Below are positions 1 to 12,536 of a DNA stretch of 45,079 nt, in pieces. This DNA comes from Lenisia limosa (Eukaryota > Protista > Breviatea): the NCBI GenBank assembly GCA_001655205.1, contig LPNZ01008746.1, positions 1-45,079 on the forward strand. The letters are read 5' to 3'. Under the pieces are notes generated by a model, which saw nothing but the letters and a program-made list of their open reading frames with translations, had not been told where the DNA came from and did no database searches. Both the position numbers and the translations under genes were made by a program. Numbering within the stretch: the stretch's first letter is position 1; each line of letters begins with the position of its first letter.

Positions 1-1874
1 GAAGGGGCTTGCGGAACTCATCTTTCTCCAGTAGGAATATGAAGTGCATTGGAATACCCAGCTAGGGAGGGGGGTAAAAAACACTATCTCTTTGAAGAAC
101 TAAGAAAGCAAATCAACTTGTTTGAAATTGGCGTAAAGTATGATATCAAACAGGTGAGTACTACATATACTAATACCCTCTGTACTATCCTACCGACAGT
201 GAAAGAGATGTTTTCAGCTTTTGTCTTTAGGTCTTTTGGGGATACTTTGCCCGAACGGACACCTAAAAAGGAATTAGAAATGGATGTAAATAGAAGATTG
301 AGTTTCAGCAATATTTTTTGGGGAATTTTAAAAAAAGGTATCCAAAAGGATTCCAAAAAGAAGGGTAGCATAGCAAATAAGCTGACGATCCCTGACTCTC
401 TTAGTANNNNNNNNNNNNNNNNNNNNNNNNNNNNNNNNNNNNNNNNNNNNNNNNNNNNNNNNNNNNNNNNNNNNNNNNNNNNNNNNNNNNNNNNNNNNNN
501 NNNNNNNNNNNNNNNNNNNNNNNNNNNNNNNNNNNNNNNNNNNNNNNNNNNNNNNNNNNNNNNNNNNNNNNNNNNNNNNNNNNNNNNNNNNNNNNNNNNN
601 NNNNNNNNNNNNTGTTGCTCTACAAGAGAGATCCTCAGGGTGGGAAAGTGTATCTCTGTGAGTACGGGTTAAACTTGTACTATACTGCTCAACCAGAATA
701 TCGTTAAAATAAACCTCCACACACTCTCCCTTCCAAACCGCCACCTACCAAGCTGGTTACTAATGACGACAATGCACACGTTATCAGCGTGAAGTGCCCT
801 CAGCTTCGTTTTTACCTCCGGAAATAGAAATCTCTGGGTACTGTAAGATAGGATACCCTGATACGTAGGTTTGAGAAATATGTTTTATTCAAAGTAATAC
901 GTTATTATCCACAGAATCAACCCAAGTATTTCTGTAGAACGTTTATATAATCCTTGAAGATGTCAAAAAGCTGAATAAGTCCCCATATTCCTTTCATTAA
1001 AATGACATGCATGCAGGACATTTTTGGGCGCCTCTCTCACCCAGTCTGCACTGTTGGTCGCGAACTTCTTACCACTCTTGGTAGTGATCAATGTGTCATC
1101 CTATTGCGAGTCAAAGGCTGAGCTGGTACCATACCAAACAAATTAGTAATCCCTGTCTTTTTTTATTCTAGCTGAAAGGTTGGGTTTAACATCATACAAT
1201 TATATAAGCAATACAAAAACAAGTCATCTCAACAACCCAAACCAATTCTCACCATATCAAATGCAGCAATGTGGGAACTTGGTGTGGTTTGTTCTGCCTG
1301 GCCAATAAGCACTGTACCTGGGGCGGGGTTAAAATAGCCTCCATTGAAACCCAGCTTGGGAAAAGGAGAATCTGTACAGATATTTTGCCTACAACAGAAT
1401 GTCGATGATGACTATTACTCTGCTCATCTTTTTTTAAAAAAAATGGTACAATAATTCTGCGCATTTCTACATAATAGGTACAGTCATATGCACTTAAAAA
1501 ACCTTCTTGCCTCCAGTTGATGGATGTAGGACCCTTTGCAGAAGCGCCCTGCGCTGAGACTGGGACAAAAAAGTCGGTAACTCTTTGCCGTTCTAAACTC
1601 GTCACTATTTTTTGGTGTATTGAGAGAAATATACTGCAATGTGGGGAAAAGACCTCGGAAGGAGCTTGGAATCGGGTATGAAGGCTCTATTGTGGGGAAT
1701 ACTCATACATGTAGTTTGGTGAAAATTGGTACAGTTTCCAATATATCATATTGTTTTTATGTAACAATGAACTGTTTGGTAAAAAAATTGGACACAGAAC
1801 TCATATAAAGGTGAAATCATGAGAAGCATTGGTGTAGCCTTCTCTCTCTTACTTGCTGGTGGATCCATAGTCAT
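1..1874 (-). CDS. PNKP: Polynucleotide kinase 3'-phosphatase (PNKP-like), phosphatase domain; 3' part lies outside the window
   Basis: Exons 1853-1874, 1503-1604, 1253-1317, 1041-1100, 749-833, 198-262 and 1-61 splice with consistent phases. They give ...HIAAFDM|DDTLITTKSGKKFATNSADW|RFLFPEVKTKLRALHADNVCIVVISNQL|GVRSGKVSPKDLKTKAENISFT|LGIPMHFIFLLEKDEFRKPL. This matches the HAD DxDxT motif, TxSG..F, the (T/S)NQ motif and RKP of PNKP. The start at 1874 is tentative because the frame stays open to an AG at ~1977. Confidence 0.9.
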
Positions 1875-2173
1875 GTTGCCAAGTTGAGAACAGTTGAGGA
1901 TGAGTGTTGATTGAGGTGATGGAAGACTTGGAATTGTGTTTCTTCTTTTGAATGTTGGGTTGTCGTTGCCGCCCTCTGGAAATGACAGAAATAGAGAAAT
2001 GGAATAATACTACTGAGAAAGCAAGTAAAATCAGGGGAATAATGCAAAAATCAGTTTTTTTATAGTCGCGTCTTCGTGGCGCGAAGAAATATTGCCTTTT
2101 TGGTTGAAGAATTTTAACCAGTTGAGGAGCCCTAAGGCCCTGAGACGTATATACAGTGCAGCACGCCAAGGCA

Positions 2174-5029
2174 ATGCTGCCACCAAAAGCGCAGGACTAT
2201 GCAATGGAGGCGTATGAGACCCTTTGTTGCCATCTGACCTCAAACACCCTGTAAGCAATACTATTTTATCGGTGTAGCGTCATTTCCAAGCCTTTTATTT
2301 CCACGTAACCAAAGCTTCTTTTAATGATTGTGATCATTTAATAGGCATTTTTGAGAAAGATATCTCCGTCAGATCTTCACTTACAGGTTACCGTGACATA
2401 TTGAACTTCCTCGATAGAACAGCACAAAGTGTTACTTATCACCATAGGGAAGAGCTAGGCTTCCTTCGAGGCGGACCATCCACTGTTGATGGCGGTGATG
2501 ATTTCTTTATGATGGCAGGACCAAGGCTTGGTTTGAGGGTGATGACTATTTGGGTGGATGTATGAGCAAGTTATGGTGAGTTTCCATTTCTAGAGAAAAT
2601 GTATTTTAATTCTGGAGTTTTCTTCGTATGCTTTTATGGTTGGGATTGGCCTTATAGTCCTTGAATTTTTACATGACCCCATTTTTAAGTATNNNNNNNN
2701 NNNNNNNNNNNNNNNNNNNNNNNNNNNNNNNNNNNNNNNNNNNNNNNNNNNNNNNNNNNNNNNNNNNNNNNNNNNNNNNNNNNNNNNNNNNNNNNNNNNN
2801 NNNNNNNNNNNNNNNNNNNNNNNNNNNNNNNNNNNNNNNNNNNNNNNNNNNNNNNNNNNNNNNNNNNNNNNNNNNNNNNNNNNNNNNNNNNNNNNNNNNN
2901 NNNNNNGAAGCTTAATATGAATGGTTCAATATGATTCGATATCAAATTAGCCTGGCATAATTCGATCCCCAATCAACCTGGCATTCACCATCCTAGACGT
3001 TGTTGCGGCATTGTTGAGTTCAGCCGTAATGCTCATGATCAACGCTGATAATTACAAGGCATGGAACATCAGGTGAGGATGGCACCTGGGTTTGATGTGT
3101 AGTTTTAAATCAAACTACTTCAAAATTATTCCATATTGTACTCTCAATATCCCTGAGTGATCTTCATTATGACAACCTGTATTAAAATTTCCGCTTCTTA
3201 GACGTGCTGCAATGGAGAAACTTGATAAAATGCCTATGTCACCTTGGACTGGTTAGAAGGGTTGTCCCAAATATGGAATAAAATGGGGTTAGTTCACTGG
3301 TGTAACTCTAAGCTGACATCACCAGCACGACTTGAAATCAAGTTCCTCTGTTTTTTGTTCTCGAAGCACCCAAAATCTACTGAAGGCTGGGAGTATCGAC
3401 ATTGGATTGTTGAGAAATGCATCAGAATGGTTGGTTGCCTCCCCAATGTATATATTATCACCATAGTTATTCCTTTTTTCGTCACACAGTTTTCAATACT
3501 TCAAGTCAATGACTCTGTAGAATAAAGCTCCGAAACCCAGCATATGGACGTTTGACTCAGTAGGTGAAAAAGTGAATAGTATGTTTGAAATATCATTTGA
3601 CTACAACCATACTATGTAATCTGGTTTATGTGTTTAAATTTCTGATTTGCAATTTTTAACACTCAAGTCGTTCGATTTTCTTTCCGCTGAAGTGAAGGCT
3701 TCCCTAATGGCTGTTGATGTAGGTTTTTTTAAAAGGAAAATAGCATCAGTTATGATAATAACGTATTCAATTATACACAGATGGGTTTGTTGGTTTAACT
3801 ACCGTTTCTCCAGCTTTACCCTCGAAATTACTACGCATTACAACATATTGTGAAGCTTCTGCCCTACTTCAGTGATGATTTGGTAAGGTGGAAGGAGATT
3901 ACTTGGTGCAACACTTACCCATTAAGGTGAGTAGTTTTCTCCCTTCCTTTTGTCTAAGTGCCTGGGCCAACAGTAGTCAATTATCCGTGAGGCTGAACTG
4001 CCTCAGGAAAATCCACAACGGTGGGACTTTTGGTAACTCAATTCAAGTAAGCTGTCACCTCCAACTTTACTAATTATGGTATTTACAGGGTGGCTATTTT
4101 TTGGCTTCCATGTGGAAAACTGAATATCTGAAGAGTCATAGTGTATTGTTTAAAAAACATAATACATATCATATTATCATTTATCATTTTCTACATTTAT
4201 GCACATGCAGTATTGCATCATACACGTCTCACAAGCAGATATGTGCTGGATTCCACACGAACTTTCGGACCTTTCCGAAGCCATTTTAACTAATGGCCGT
4301 AATTCAGCCCTCTATGGGTACCGTAAAACTCTGTGGAAGTTGAATGCTTCTGCTTCCGGTGAATCACTTGTATGCTTTGAGAGAAATTTGGGTTTAAAAT
4401 AAACCATGCGAGTAATTTTGGATTCATTTGATTTCGGATCTTAATCACAAAAGTATATGTTCTATCACGTTTTTCTATAATACTATGTATAATGCTTAAT
4501 ATTTACAATACAAAGCCTTTGATGTCTGCAATTTTAACTGTCTGGCACCTTCTGAATCTGTGACATAAGACGGATTTAGGAGGGCCTACCTGGGTTATTA
4601 TAGAGGGGCCTTTGTCATCATTCATAAATATAAGCCTTGTAGGTATGCTGGGGGCAGAAAGCTCTGTGCACATACATATACATGTGTACTATGATTATTA
4701 ATCATTTATTCAAATATAGTATTGAATCAAAATCATTATGATTGGTAATCTGATATCATTCAGAGCCTCTCAGACGAGATTGGGAACACCCTTCGCCCAC
4801 TCGGTGTTCCTATACAGCATCTTGAAGCCGGAAAATTTGTATGAAGGAAAACCGGAGATTCTTTTGAAGGATTACTGGGCTGGGGTTTGAGATGTGTTCA
4901 TTAATTTCCATTCACTTTATGTCACACTCGAAGTGCGACGTATCAACAGCGTCAGTTCTCGCATTGGAGTATATTCTGTGGCTGCTGATTGAGAGTTGTT
5001 ACATTGGTAGGAACTGGGATGTAGTTTGA
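2174..5029 (+). CDS. Protein prenyltransferase alpha-subunit repeat protein (PTAR1-like), multi-exon, one N gap
   Basis: Spliced segments include GYRDILNFLDR..HREELGFL..FMMAGPRLGL, MLMINADNYKAWNIR, LEIKFLCFLFSKHPKSTEGWEYRHWIV and HELSDLSEAILTNGRNSALYGYRK. These fit PPTA repeats (N..AW..R, K.PKS..W..R.W). Start and last exon are tentative. Confidence 0.75.
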
Positions 5030-5110
5030 ATGAATTATCCCTCCGATCTATTTAACATGAACGACTTTTTATACAAAGTGTTCGTTTTGTTTTTTTCGAT
5101 TCTGCGATAC

Positions 5111-5194
5111 AGGGCTTCACTTCGGTTCTACAAAATTCTGAATTTTCGATAAATTCCGGAAAACTATCGATATTTTCCCGAACCGAAGTGAAGC
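5111..5194. mobile_element. Short MITE-like element, copy 1 (right terminus shortened)
   Basis: Perfect 16-bp inverted repeat GGCTTCACTTCGGTTC (5113-5128) / GAACCGAAGTGAAGCC (5180-5195). Flanks CTGCGATAC and CAGCGATCC are 7/9 identical. Internal TATCGAT is shared with other copies. Confidence 0.7.
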
Positions 5195-5310
5195 CAGCGA
5201 TCCATCTTGGGCCACGAGCTCTGAAAGGCTATTCTCCATGCTTGTTACATACTACACCCCATAGCACAAATATCCCTTTTATGACAATTTAGACCATCCA
5301 GAGGTAAATC

Positions 5311-5960
5311 TCAAATGCCTTTATCAAGGCTTGTCCGACATCTTTCAGAAAATTTCAACATCGCCACCACAAAGGTCCAATCTATCTTTGGTATTCTGGT
5401 CTGGGCTTGTTTTTTTTTCATACACCCCCAAAAGCCTGGTGCTTACGAGTTTGAAAACAGCATATCCGTCATAACTCTAGGAAAAGTGTCCATTTCGCCC
5501 CATTTTGTGGAGAAAATCTCTAGACATCCTATTATCTCTTTGCAATATATCCTAGTTTATGTGTTAATCAAAAGGAGCTTGGTAAGATTTATGTTATATT
5601 GGTTCAAACTGAATAGATCCACTACCACCAATGCAAACAAAAACTTAAATATATAGCTAGGAATAAGAATACGAACTCAAGATACATGAGAGTCATCTGG
5701 CGTAGACCTGAACTCCGTTAAAATGAGACGCTTTGGTCCATTCATATGCTTAAATGTTTCCAATACAAGATTATTCCAAATAGTTGAGGAAATNNNNNNN
5801 NNNNNNNNNNNNNNNNNNNNNNNNNNNNNNNNNNNNNNNNNNNNNNNNNNNNNNNNNNNNNNNNNNNNNNNNNTAACAGAAGCAATAATGACCACTAGGT
5901 TGGCTCCCATAGAAAGGAAAGCTGAAGATTTTATTGCTGTATTAAAAGGTAGAGGTAGAG
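5311..5960 (-). CDS. Probable coding exons of unknown function; may be the 3' end of the fibrinogen-related gene or a separate gene
   Basis: Open segments bounded by AG/GT: AIKSSAFLSMGANLVVIIAS, LETFKHMNGPKRLILTEFRSTPDDSH and EIFSTKWGEMDTFPRVMTDMLFSNS. An N gap interrupts the region and no family is recognised. Confidence 0.35.
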
Positions 5961-6092
5961 AGGGTGAATATATTATACAAAAATCCAATATCTCTTAAAA
6001 GCGTGATGGTGTACAGCTTCGGCCAGATTCTACCTTATTTTGCATTTCTCATTGCTATATGATATAGAATAAAACCATGAACCGAAACCAAC

Positions 6093-8518
6093 CTGCAAAT
6101 TGATTTATCCCCTTTGTTGGAGTACTCTGTGGACATTCCTTCGGGAAGATTGCTGCTAAGGGGTGTGGTGTGTCCAACCAAGGGGGTATACGAATCCTAC
6201 AGAATATCAGCTTCCATGAAAACTAAAGTTAGAAATTATTTGATTTTTTCTAGTTTGAGAAACATAACATCTGGCAAAAGAAATATACATGTAGCCAAAG
6301 AACCAAAACAAGAGATAACCGAAGACTTCATTTCGCCGTTGTATTGAAGTGACTAGATACATGTATACAGCTTTTTGATATAGCTACTATATATTATATA
6401 TCATATGATATTATATATTTACACTGTATCATATAATATCAATAGTGCAATGGTCGAAAAACGAGAGTTTTTGTTTTAACACCAAATATCTTGTCAATTG
6501 CTAAATAGTATCTAAAAAAGTAACTTTTTAGATTGCTGTTCTTCTGATATGTCATGTCATCCCATATCCTAACGAATAAAAAAACAATCCCCTCTTACAC
6601 CTAATCCAACAAAGCTGCCTGAGCCCGTCTTGGCGTAATCCAAACCAACAGTGGAGCGGAAGTGAATTACTCGCCCACTAGCACTCTAGAGTGTAATGGT
6701 TAAAAATTAAGAAAAACAACAACAAAAAGAAAAGGATCATATGCATCCTGAAATATGTGCCGAGCTGAAAGAGTAACCCAATCTCACCTCGCAGTAGAAT
6801 CGAAGCTCTGTGGGGTTCATTCTGTTGATCAGCCAAGATGCTAAAGAAGTGAAGCTGAAAAGATAACACTAGATGGCCCTGATTGATATGGTATTTTCAA
6901 AAAACAATACCATATTGAAACATTAAGTAATGGGAAAGAATTCAAAAAAACACCAAAAACAATTTGATATGAGCATTGTCCAAGTGATTGCAATACATAG
7001 CAAAGCAAAAAATAACAATGTAGTATTTATCACTGGTCACAATTAAGTCCAGTAACAAATAGATAACTTGGAGGAAACTAAATTAAGTCTACACACATGC
7101 AACTTTGTTTTCAGAAGCCGCAAGCTCGGAACCAGCAGTCCCCAACGGATATGGGGTAAAGGTTGGTGCTTCGTTCGAGATCTGCAGGGAAAATAAAACA
7201 CAGTCATTCCTTTTAATAAATATTATGATAGTTCATCTTTGAAAGGAGGCAAAAAGGGGCTCTTTGTGAATTCAATTGAATACTTATCAAAATCGAATAT
7301 AAATCTTTGCTGCAAAAATAAAGACAAATTTTGGACAAAATCTCGAAAAAATATCGATTTTTGCAAGTCTTGTTAGCACTGAAGTGAAGCCCTAGTAATG
7401 GCTAATGGGAGCCAATTTTACTGCGACATCTTTGACATTGCAGTGTTCAGCCTACCACAGGTTCAACATTTGTTCCACCACTCTTATGATAGGTTGCGCC
7501 AATGAGAGCCCATGCTTCGCCATCCGTTACATCACAGTGAACCTTCAAGGGCGACTAAAGTGTGAGTTGAAAGCAAAATAAGATAATCCTTTGTTACGTT
7601 CACATATTATAAAAAACATTGAAGAGTATCTTCATAGCCTTCCCACAAACGCCATCATAATCGACCCAGTATGGTCCTGCAGCCATTGTCTTTCCATTAA
7701 TTTTTAAGCATTCCAAAACTTGTTGGCATCCTGTTGCAGCCCGCACGAAGCTGGACCCGTCTTGACACTAGATATGATCAGGTTATTTTTATCGGTGTTG
7801 CTGTTGTTGTTTTTCACTTCAATCAAAAGAAGAAGGCAAAAAAAACCCATAGTGAATCTCAATTAATCGACTGTATCTGTAGCAGGACTATAATATACAC
7901 ATTTTGTGATAATGACACTTTCGCCATACCTCAGTTTTATTCAACATTTCAATGATCAAATCAAGCTTTTGGTGAATACTGGCAATCTATAATCGTAAGA
8001 GGAGAAAACGAACCATCTTAGATTGATACAGAGCTTATGTTACAGAACTTCAATTTTTTATAAATCGCAAAAATGAAATGCCAATTTTATAAATTATCAA
8101 GAGCTCTAAATATCATATTCTATCTTTGTTAATGTCATCTAAAAAAAAATCACCTCAGTATCAACATAGCTTCTGGAGGTGACGGAATTTGGGGACTCAG
8201 GCACGTCACACGAGGTGCCCTTGGGAAGTCTGAACATGTCAAGAAGAATACCCACCCAAGCCACCCGCCACCACCCTGAACATCTCTACTAAAAGACGTT
8301 AGTGAAGTATTGATTAAGGCGGGAGTGCTAAGTGCTACCCTCCTCCATTTGATTAATAGATACAATAGGAATGTTGCGCACACAGAAGCCCCAGAATGCA
8401 TGCTTTTAACATTAATCAAAAATAAACACATTTCCAACTTTATCTCAGGCAACGCTGAAGCAACACTGAAGACCATCACCCCTAACAAGAGCCGAAGTAT
8501 GAGACTGTTCATTAACAT
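6093..8518 (-). CDS. Secreted protein with a fibrinogen/intelectin-like N-terminal motif (multi-exon; 3' end unresolved)
   Basis: Signal peptide MLMNSLILRLLLGVMVFSVASA. Then CQDGSSFVRAATGCQQVLEC..GPYWVDYDG|SPLKVHCDVTDGEAWALIG, matching the C..I..G.YWID..G...VYCD..DGG.W.L motif. Further exons give ELRFYCE|SASGRVIHFRS and SYTPLVGHTT..NLPEG...NKGD. Confidence 0.7.
7340..7393. mobile_element. Partial MITE copy (right end only) in an intron
   Basis: GAAGTGAAGCCCT at 7381-7393 matches the family right terminus, and AAATATCGATTTT lies just upstream. No matching left arm or TSD. Confidence 0.45.
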
Positions 8519-8649
8519 TTTCCCTCTTTTCTCAGTCATTTATATTCTATTTTTCTTAACATATTATGTAATACCGTATAATCCTGGTACAAGACAGGCC
8601 TTTATATAATTCGATCCATGAATCTCACAGCCCTCTACCCACTTCCACC

Positions 8650-11600
8650 ATGTCAGTTCTTACAGCACCAGCTAAAGTCCAGATTCTTGGACAACTCCCA
8701 AAAATGTCACAGTCTATTTGGAAGTATTTCTTGATGTGGTGGGTCCCTTCGGTTCACGGCTGGGTATAAAGGAGCTTATTTATCATAAATAGCATATATG
8801 AAAAGGCGTTGATGGGTTTTACTTTGTTCAGTACTGAGGTCCCTCGCCCCTCTGGCAACTGCGGATTGATCGCAGCGAAACTTATGGAAGTATGAGGGGA
8901 AGTGTAACACGAAGTGTTTGTGAAATAAACATCACGTCCCGTGTCATCAAAGGTTAATTGTACTTAATTGCTGACATAAAAATAGTGGAGGAACGGATTC
9001 AGCCTCAGCTTCTTTATAAACGCTAACTGAACTAGGTTGGCAAGAACCTAGGTTGCGATGTATCTCAGGACGAGGCTGGAAATGTCAGACTGTTCAAGTG
9101 GGCTGAATGTCACGATTGTAATGGTTAAATATCGAGGTTGGATTTAAACTCAATTCCTCACCTCAGATCAAATTCAGTTAAAATGAAAATGACTGCAATT
9201 TCTACTTATCTGGACAAGTGACGTCATGTGATCTTTTCCTCAGAGTGTCACTACATTCAACTGACTGTTTAAGGGCCGCAGCGAAGGGCTGTGAAAACGC
9301 CCCCGGAGTATGCATGCAAGCCCATATGGATATGTATGCTTGGCTGGTGTTCAGTGACAAAAAATTAGCTTTATACTGTAGTTGTAGTGATCAATATATA
9401 ATGTATATATGATGCATTGCGAGTATGGGTAGTATTGTAAACTGACAGTGTTGCGTGACTTTGACCACTCCAGGGTTCCTGTTGCTGACGCTGACCGCAC
9501 GTTCGACTTCAATAAGGATGCATTGGATCTCGAGATCAATGGCGATGTTGGTTTACGCTTCATTTTACACGTCCCCCCTTTCTTTAAACCACTTTATATA
9601 TCTTTTTAAGGGATATGGAGATTACTGACTATTTTGATATCAGAATTGTGTTATTAGTTCTCCTGTCTTCATTTTTTCCCAGAAACTCCCTATTAGCTCT
9701 ATCCACCACCTCACTCGCGCTGTAATCCAATTTGTGTTATCTCTCTCATCCTATCCTGACTCAACAGTGGCTGAAAGCGACCGGAACCACCCTAGGTGCC
9801 GATAACGGAATTGGCATTGCCGCTGCCCTAGCAGTCTTGGAGGGTGAGGGGGGGGGGGTACTGGCTTGCNNNNNNNNNNNNNNNNNNNNNNNNNNNNNNN
9901 NNNNNNNNNNNNNNNNNNNNNNNNNNNNNNNNNNNNNNNNNNNNNNNNNGACTTATTATCTAGAGAAAGACCTTTCTCATGGACCTTTGGAGTGCTTCTT
10001 CACTGTGGATGAGGAGACTGATATGGTTGGAGCTTTTGCCATCTCATGTTCATGTTTTGCACACGTAAATAACACTACAGAGCGGAGTTGAGAACATGAC
10101 ATCTGACTTCCTCACTTCCCGTGTTCTTCTCAACCTTGATTCTGAGGAAGAGTTGGGAGGGGGGGGGGTATTCTTTGAGTTTCTTTTGTTTGTTCAGCAT
10201 TGCTTGAAGGATAATGTTACCAGTGTTTCTCCTCTCTATTTTACCCATTCCAGAGGCCATGTTTGCATCGGATCAGCTGGAGGCTTCGAATCTACTATCA
10301 CCCTCCCCATGGAGCCCTGCAAGAAAGGTTGGGGTCATGCCATTTACTATCGTATATCCTCCAAACCTTCATGATCGCTTTGTATGACTTTCACCTTGAG
10401 TAGATAATATGACCGTTGTTACTCTGGAAATTTCGGGTCTTCTCGGAGGCCACACAGGTGCCGATATCCACCTTGGCCGCCTGAACGCTCTGATGGCCGT
10501 TGCCCGCACCGCCAGTATTGCTGCTACGGAGTGGGCGTGGTTGATTGAGTCGATCTTATTAATCTGTTTATGTAAGCAGTAATTTATGACTTCATAACAG
10601 TTGCCCAAAGGCCGAAATTCCTATATTTGTAAAGGTTTCATCAATTGGGTCGTCTTTTTGTCTATTTGAACAAACTTGGTCTTTTTGGACCAAAACATGG
10701 CTGCATCCGATTTACTTTTCTGCTTAGACTCTCCATCAACGCTGCATTGGTCCATATCCATGGTGGTACTGCCTGCAACGCCGTGCCTTCATCTTGCTCT
10801 TGCAAAGTTCGCGGGGAGGGGGTTTTATAGTGTTATGTGGGCTGAGTATCCAGACGTAATGGATTCAGGTCGCTGTACCTGCCATCACCGTTACCAAGTT
10901 CATCGAAGAGTGTAACAATGAATTCTCCAAGGTTGGCTTATCCGACAATTCACTCATAATCGGACATCTTGACCTTTTGACATTCTCTTTTGCCACATAC
11001 GATTCCAAAGTCAGCCATCGCTATTTATTTTTTTTAGATTCAAGACGAGTACGCTGCTGTTGAAGGCAAGGTTGTTGAAGGCTCTTACGCTCACGATATG
11101 AAGCTCAAGATCACTGCTGGTTTGGACTATTGCCATAAAAATGTATAAACTAATCTGGGGACATCGAAGGGTTGTCAATATTACTACAAATAATCTTGTT
11201 TTGATTCTGTTCTTAAATCAATTTTACAACCTCAAGGCAAAATACTTACCCTCCTCGTTTACTTCCAAGGAGAACCCCTTGGAAACGGGCGTATCTGCCC
11301 GAACGGTCTTCGCGCAATCCTTCTCTGTCCTGATGGGGTCCAGAGGTGAGAGATGTATAGCATTCTTTTAAAAAAAGATTATCTCATGGTTACAATTACA
11401 TTACTCTTGCTAGTCACACATATCGTACTATTCTACCAAGCATTAGCATCAGACGGTCCAATCTCACATCATCTAGAATGTCTCCCACCGTCGCCGGCCT
11501 TGTTGAAACGTCAACTTGCCTTGTCACTGCCCGCACCACTGAAAACGGCGTTGAACTTGCCCACCATGCCCGATCCTCTTCCAACACCCAGATGAAGATG

Positions 11601-12380
11601 ATGGAAAACAAAATGGACGCCCTCGCACACACGCTTGGCGCCAAGGTACTTGATTTGTTCTTAAAATGGGGATTGTTACAACTATTTTCTTTTCTGGCGC
11701 ACATTTCTGATGAATTGTTCACCCCTCCCCCCCAGATTGACTCGCCACTTGTGCCCTACCCTGGATGGCTTCCCAATCCCCTTTCTGATGCTTTAAAGGT
11801 GGTTCAGGTAGGCTTAGTATTCTCAAAAGTACTGTGTTTGTGTTATATTTGTTTTTATTCATTCTTCTTCTTTTCGGATTTTACTCTTTAGGAAGGCCAC
11901 GCAGCTGCCGGACAAGAACCCCCCAAGGTTGGTGGGCTGTCACCCAAAATGTTCTGGAGTTGTTTTAGATAATATTAGCGTAATCATTGCAGGATCCTTT
12001 CCTTCATCTAGTGTTGTTTACCCTTACCATTTCCTTGTGTTGTTTACCCTGACCATTTCTCCAGGTATACGCCATCCATGCTGGATTGGAGTCAGGCTTC
12101 ATCATCGGCCAGTACCCCACAATGGATGCGGTGTCTGTAGGCCCTACCATCCATGACCCCCACACACCCAAGGAGAGAATCCAGATCCCCTCAGTTGATA
12201 GGTGAGAAGGACTTATTTAAAAAGTCAATTAGTCTTTGTGTTCCGCGTTTATTCCGACTTTTAATCAAAAGCGGTTGAGGCTTCGAGATAATTCCGATGC
12301 ATTAATACTATACTGCAATTAACTCTTCAAGGTTCTGGCTGATGCTCCTCGAAACCATCAAGCTTTTCGGCAAAAAGTAA
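8650..12380 (+). CDS. pepD: Aminoacyl-histidine dipeptidase / cytosol non-specific dipeptidase (M20 family, PepD type); 19 exons
   Basis: All exons splice in frame from ATG 8650 to TAA 12378-12380. Segments include [80 protein letters not shown] and [23 protein letters not shown]. All metal-binding and catalytic residues of PepD (H, D, EE, D, H) are present. Confidence 0.95.
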
Positions 12381-12536
12381 ATCGTACCTTGTCCAATCCC
12401 TTTAGAAGTTGGTTATAGAGTGTTTCTTTACCATATTCATTTGGGGATATTCCATATTATCGCATTCATTCCAATTAGATGGGTGAAAATAGCTCCAAAA
12501 TAGAATTCACATTGATGTGCACACAGAAATAAATTC

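Noticed and set aside
49-672. 207-aa plus-strand ORF and other long ORFs containing X runs
   Set aside because: They are inflated by N gaps, and this one is antisense to well-supported PNKP exons.
6600-6870. Segments WLINRM..LRFY and DYAKTGSGSF resembling the purple acid phosphatase N-terminal domain
   Set aside because: The two segments occur in the opposite order on the coding strand, and no metallophosphatase motifs follow.
8030-8107. AGAGCTT...AGAGCTCT bounded AT-rich segment resembling the MITE family
   Set aside because: Only ~6 bp of terminal complementarity, no matching 9-bp flanks and no TATCGAT core.
8650-12380. Possible reassigned stop codons, suggested by the many short ORFs
   Set aside because: PepD and the PNKP exons in the window translate without internal stops under the standard code once introns are removed, and TAA/TGA terminate genes normally.
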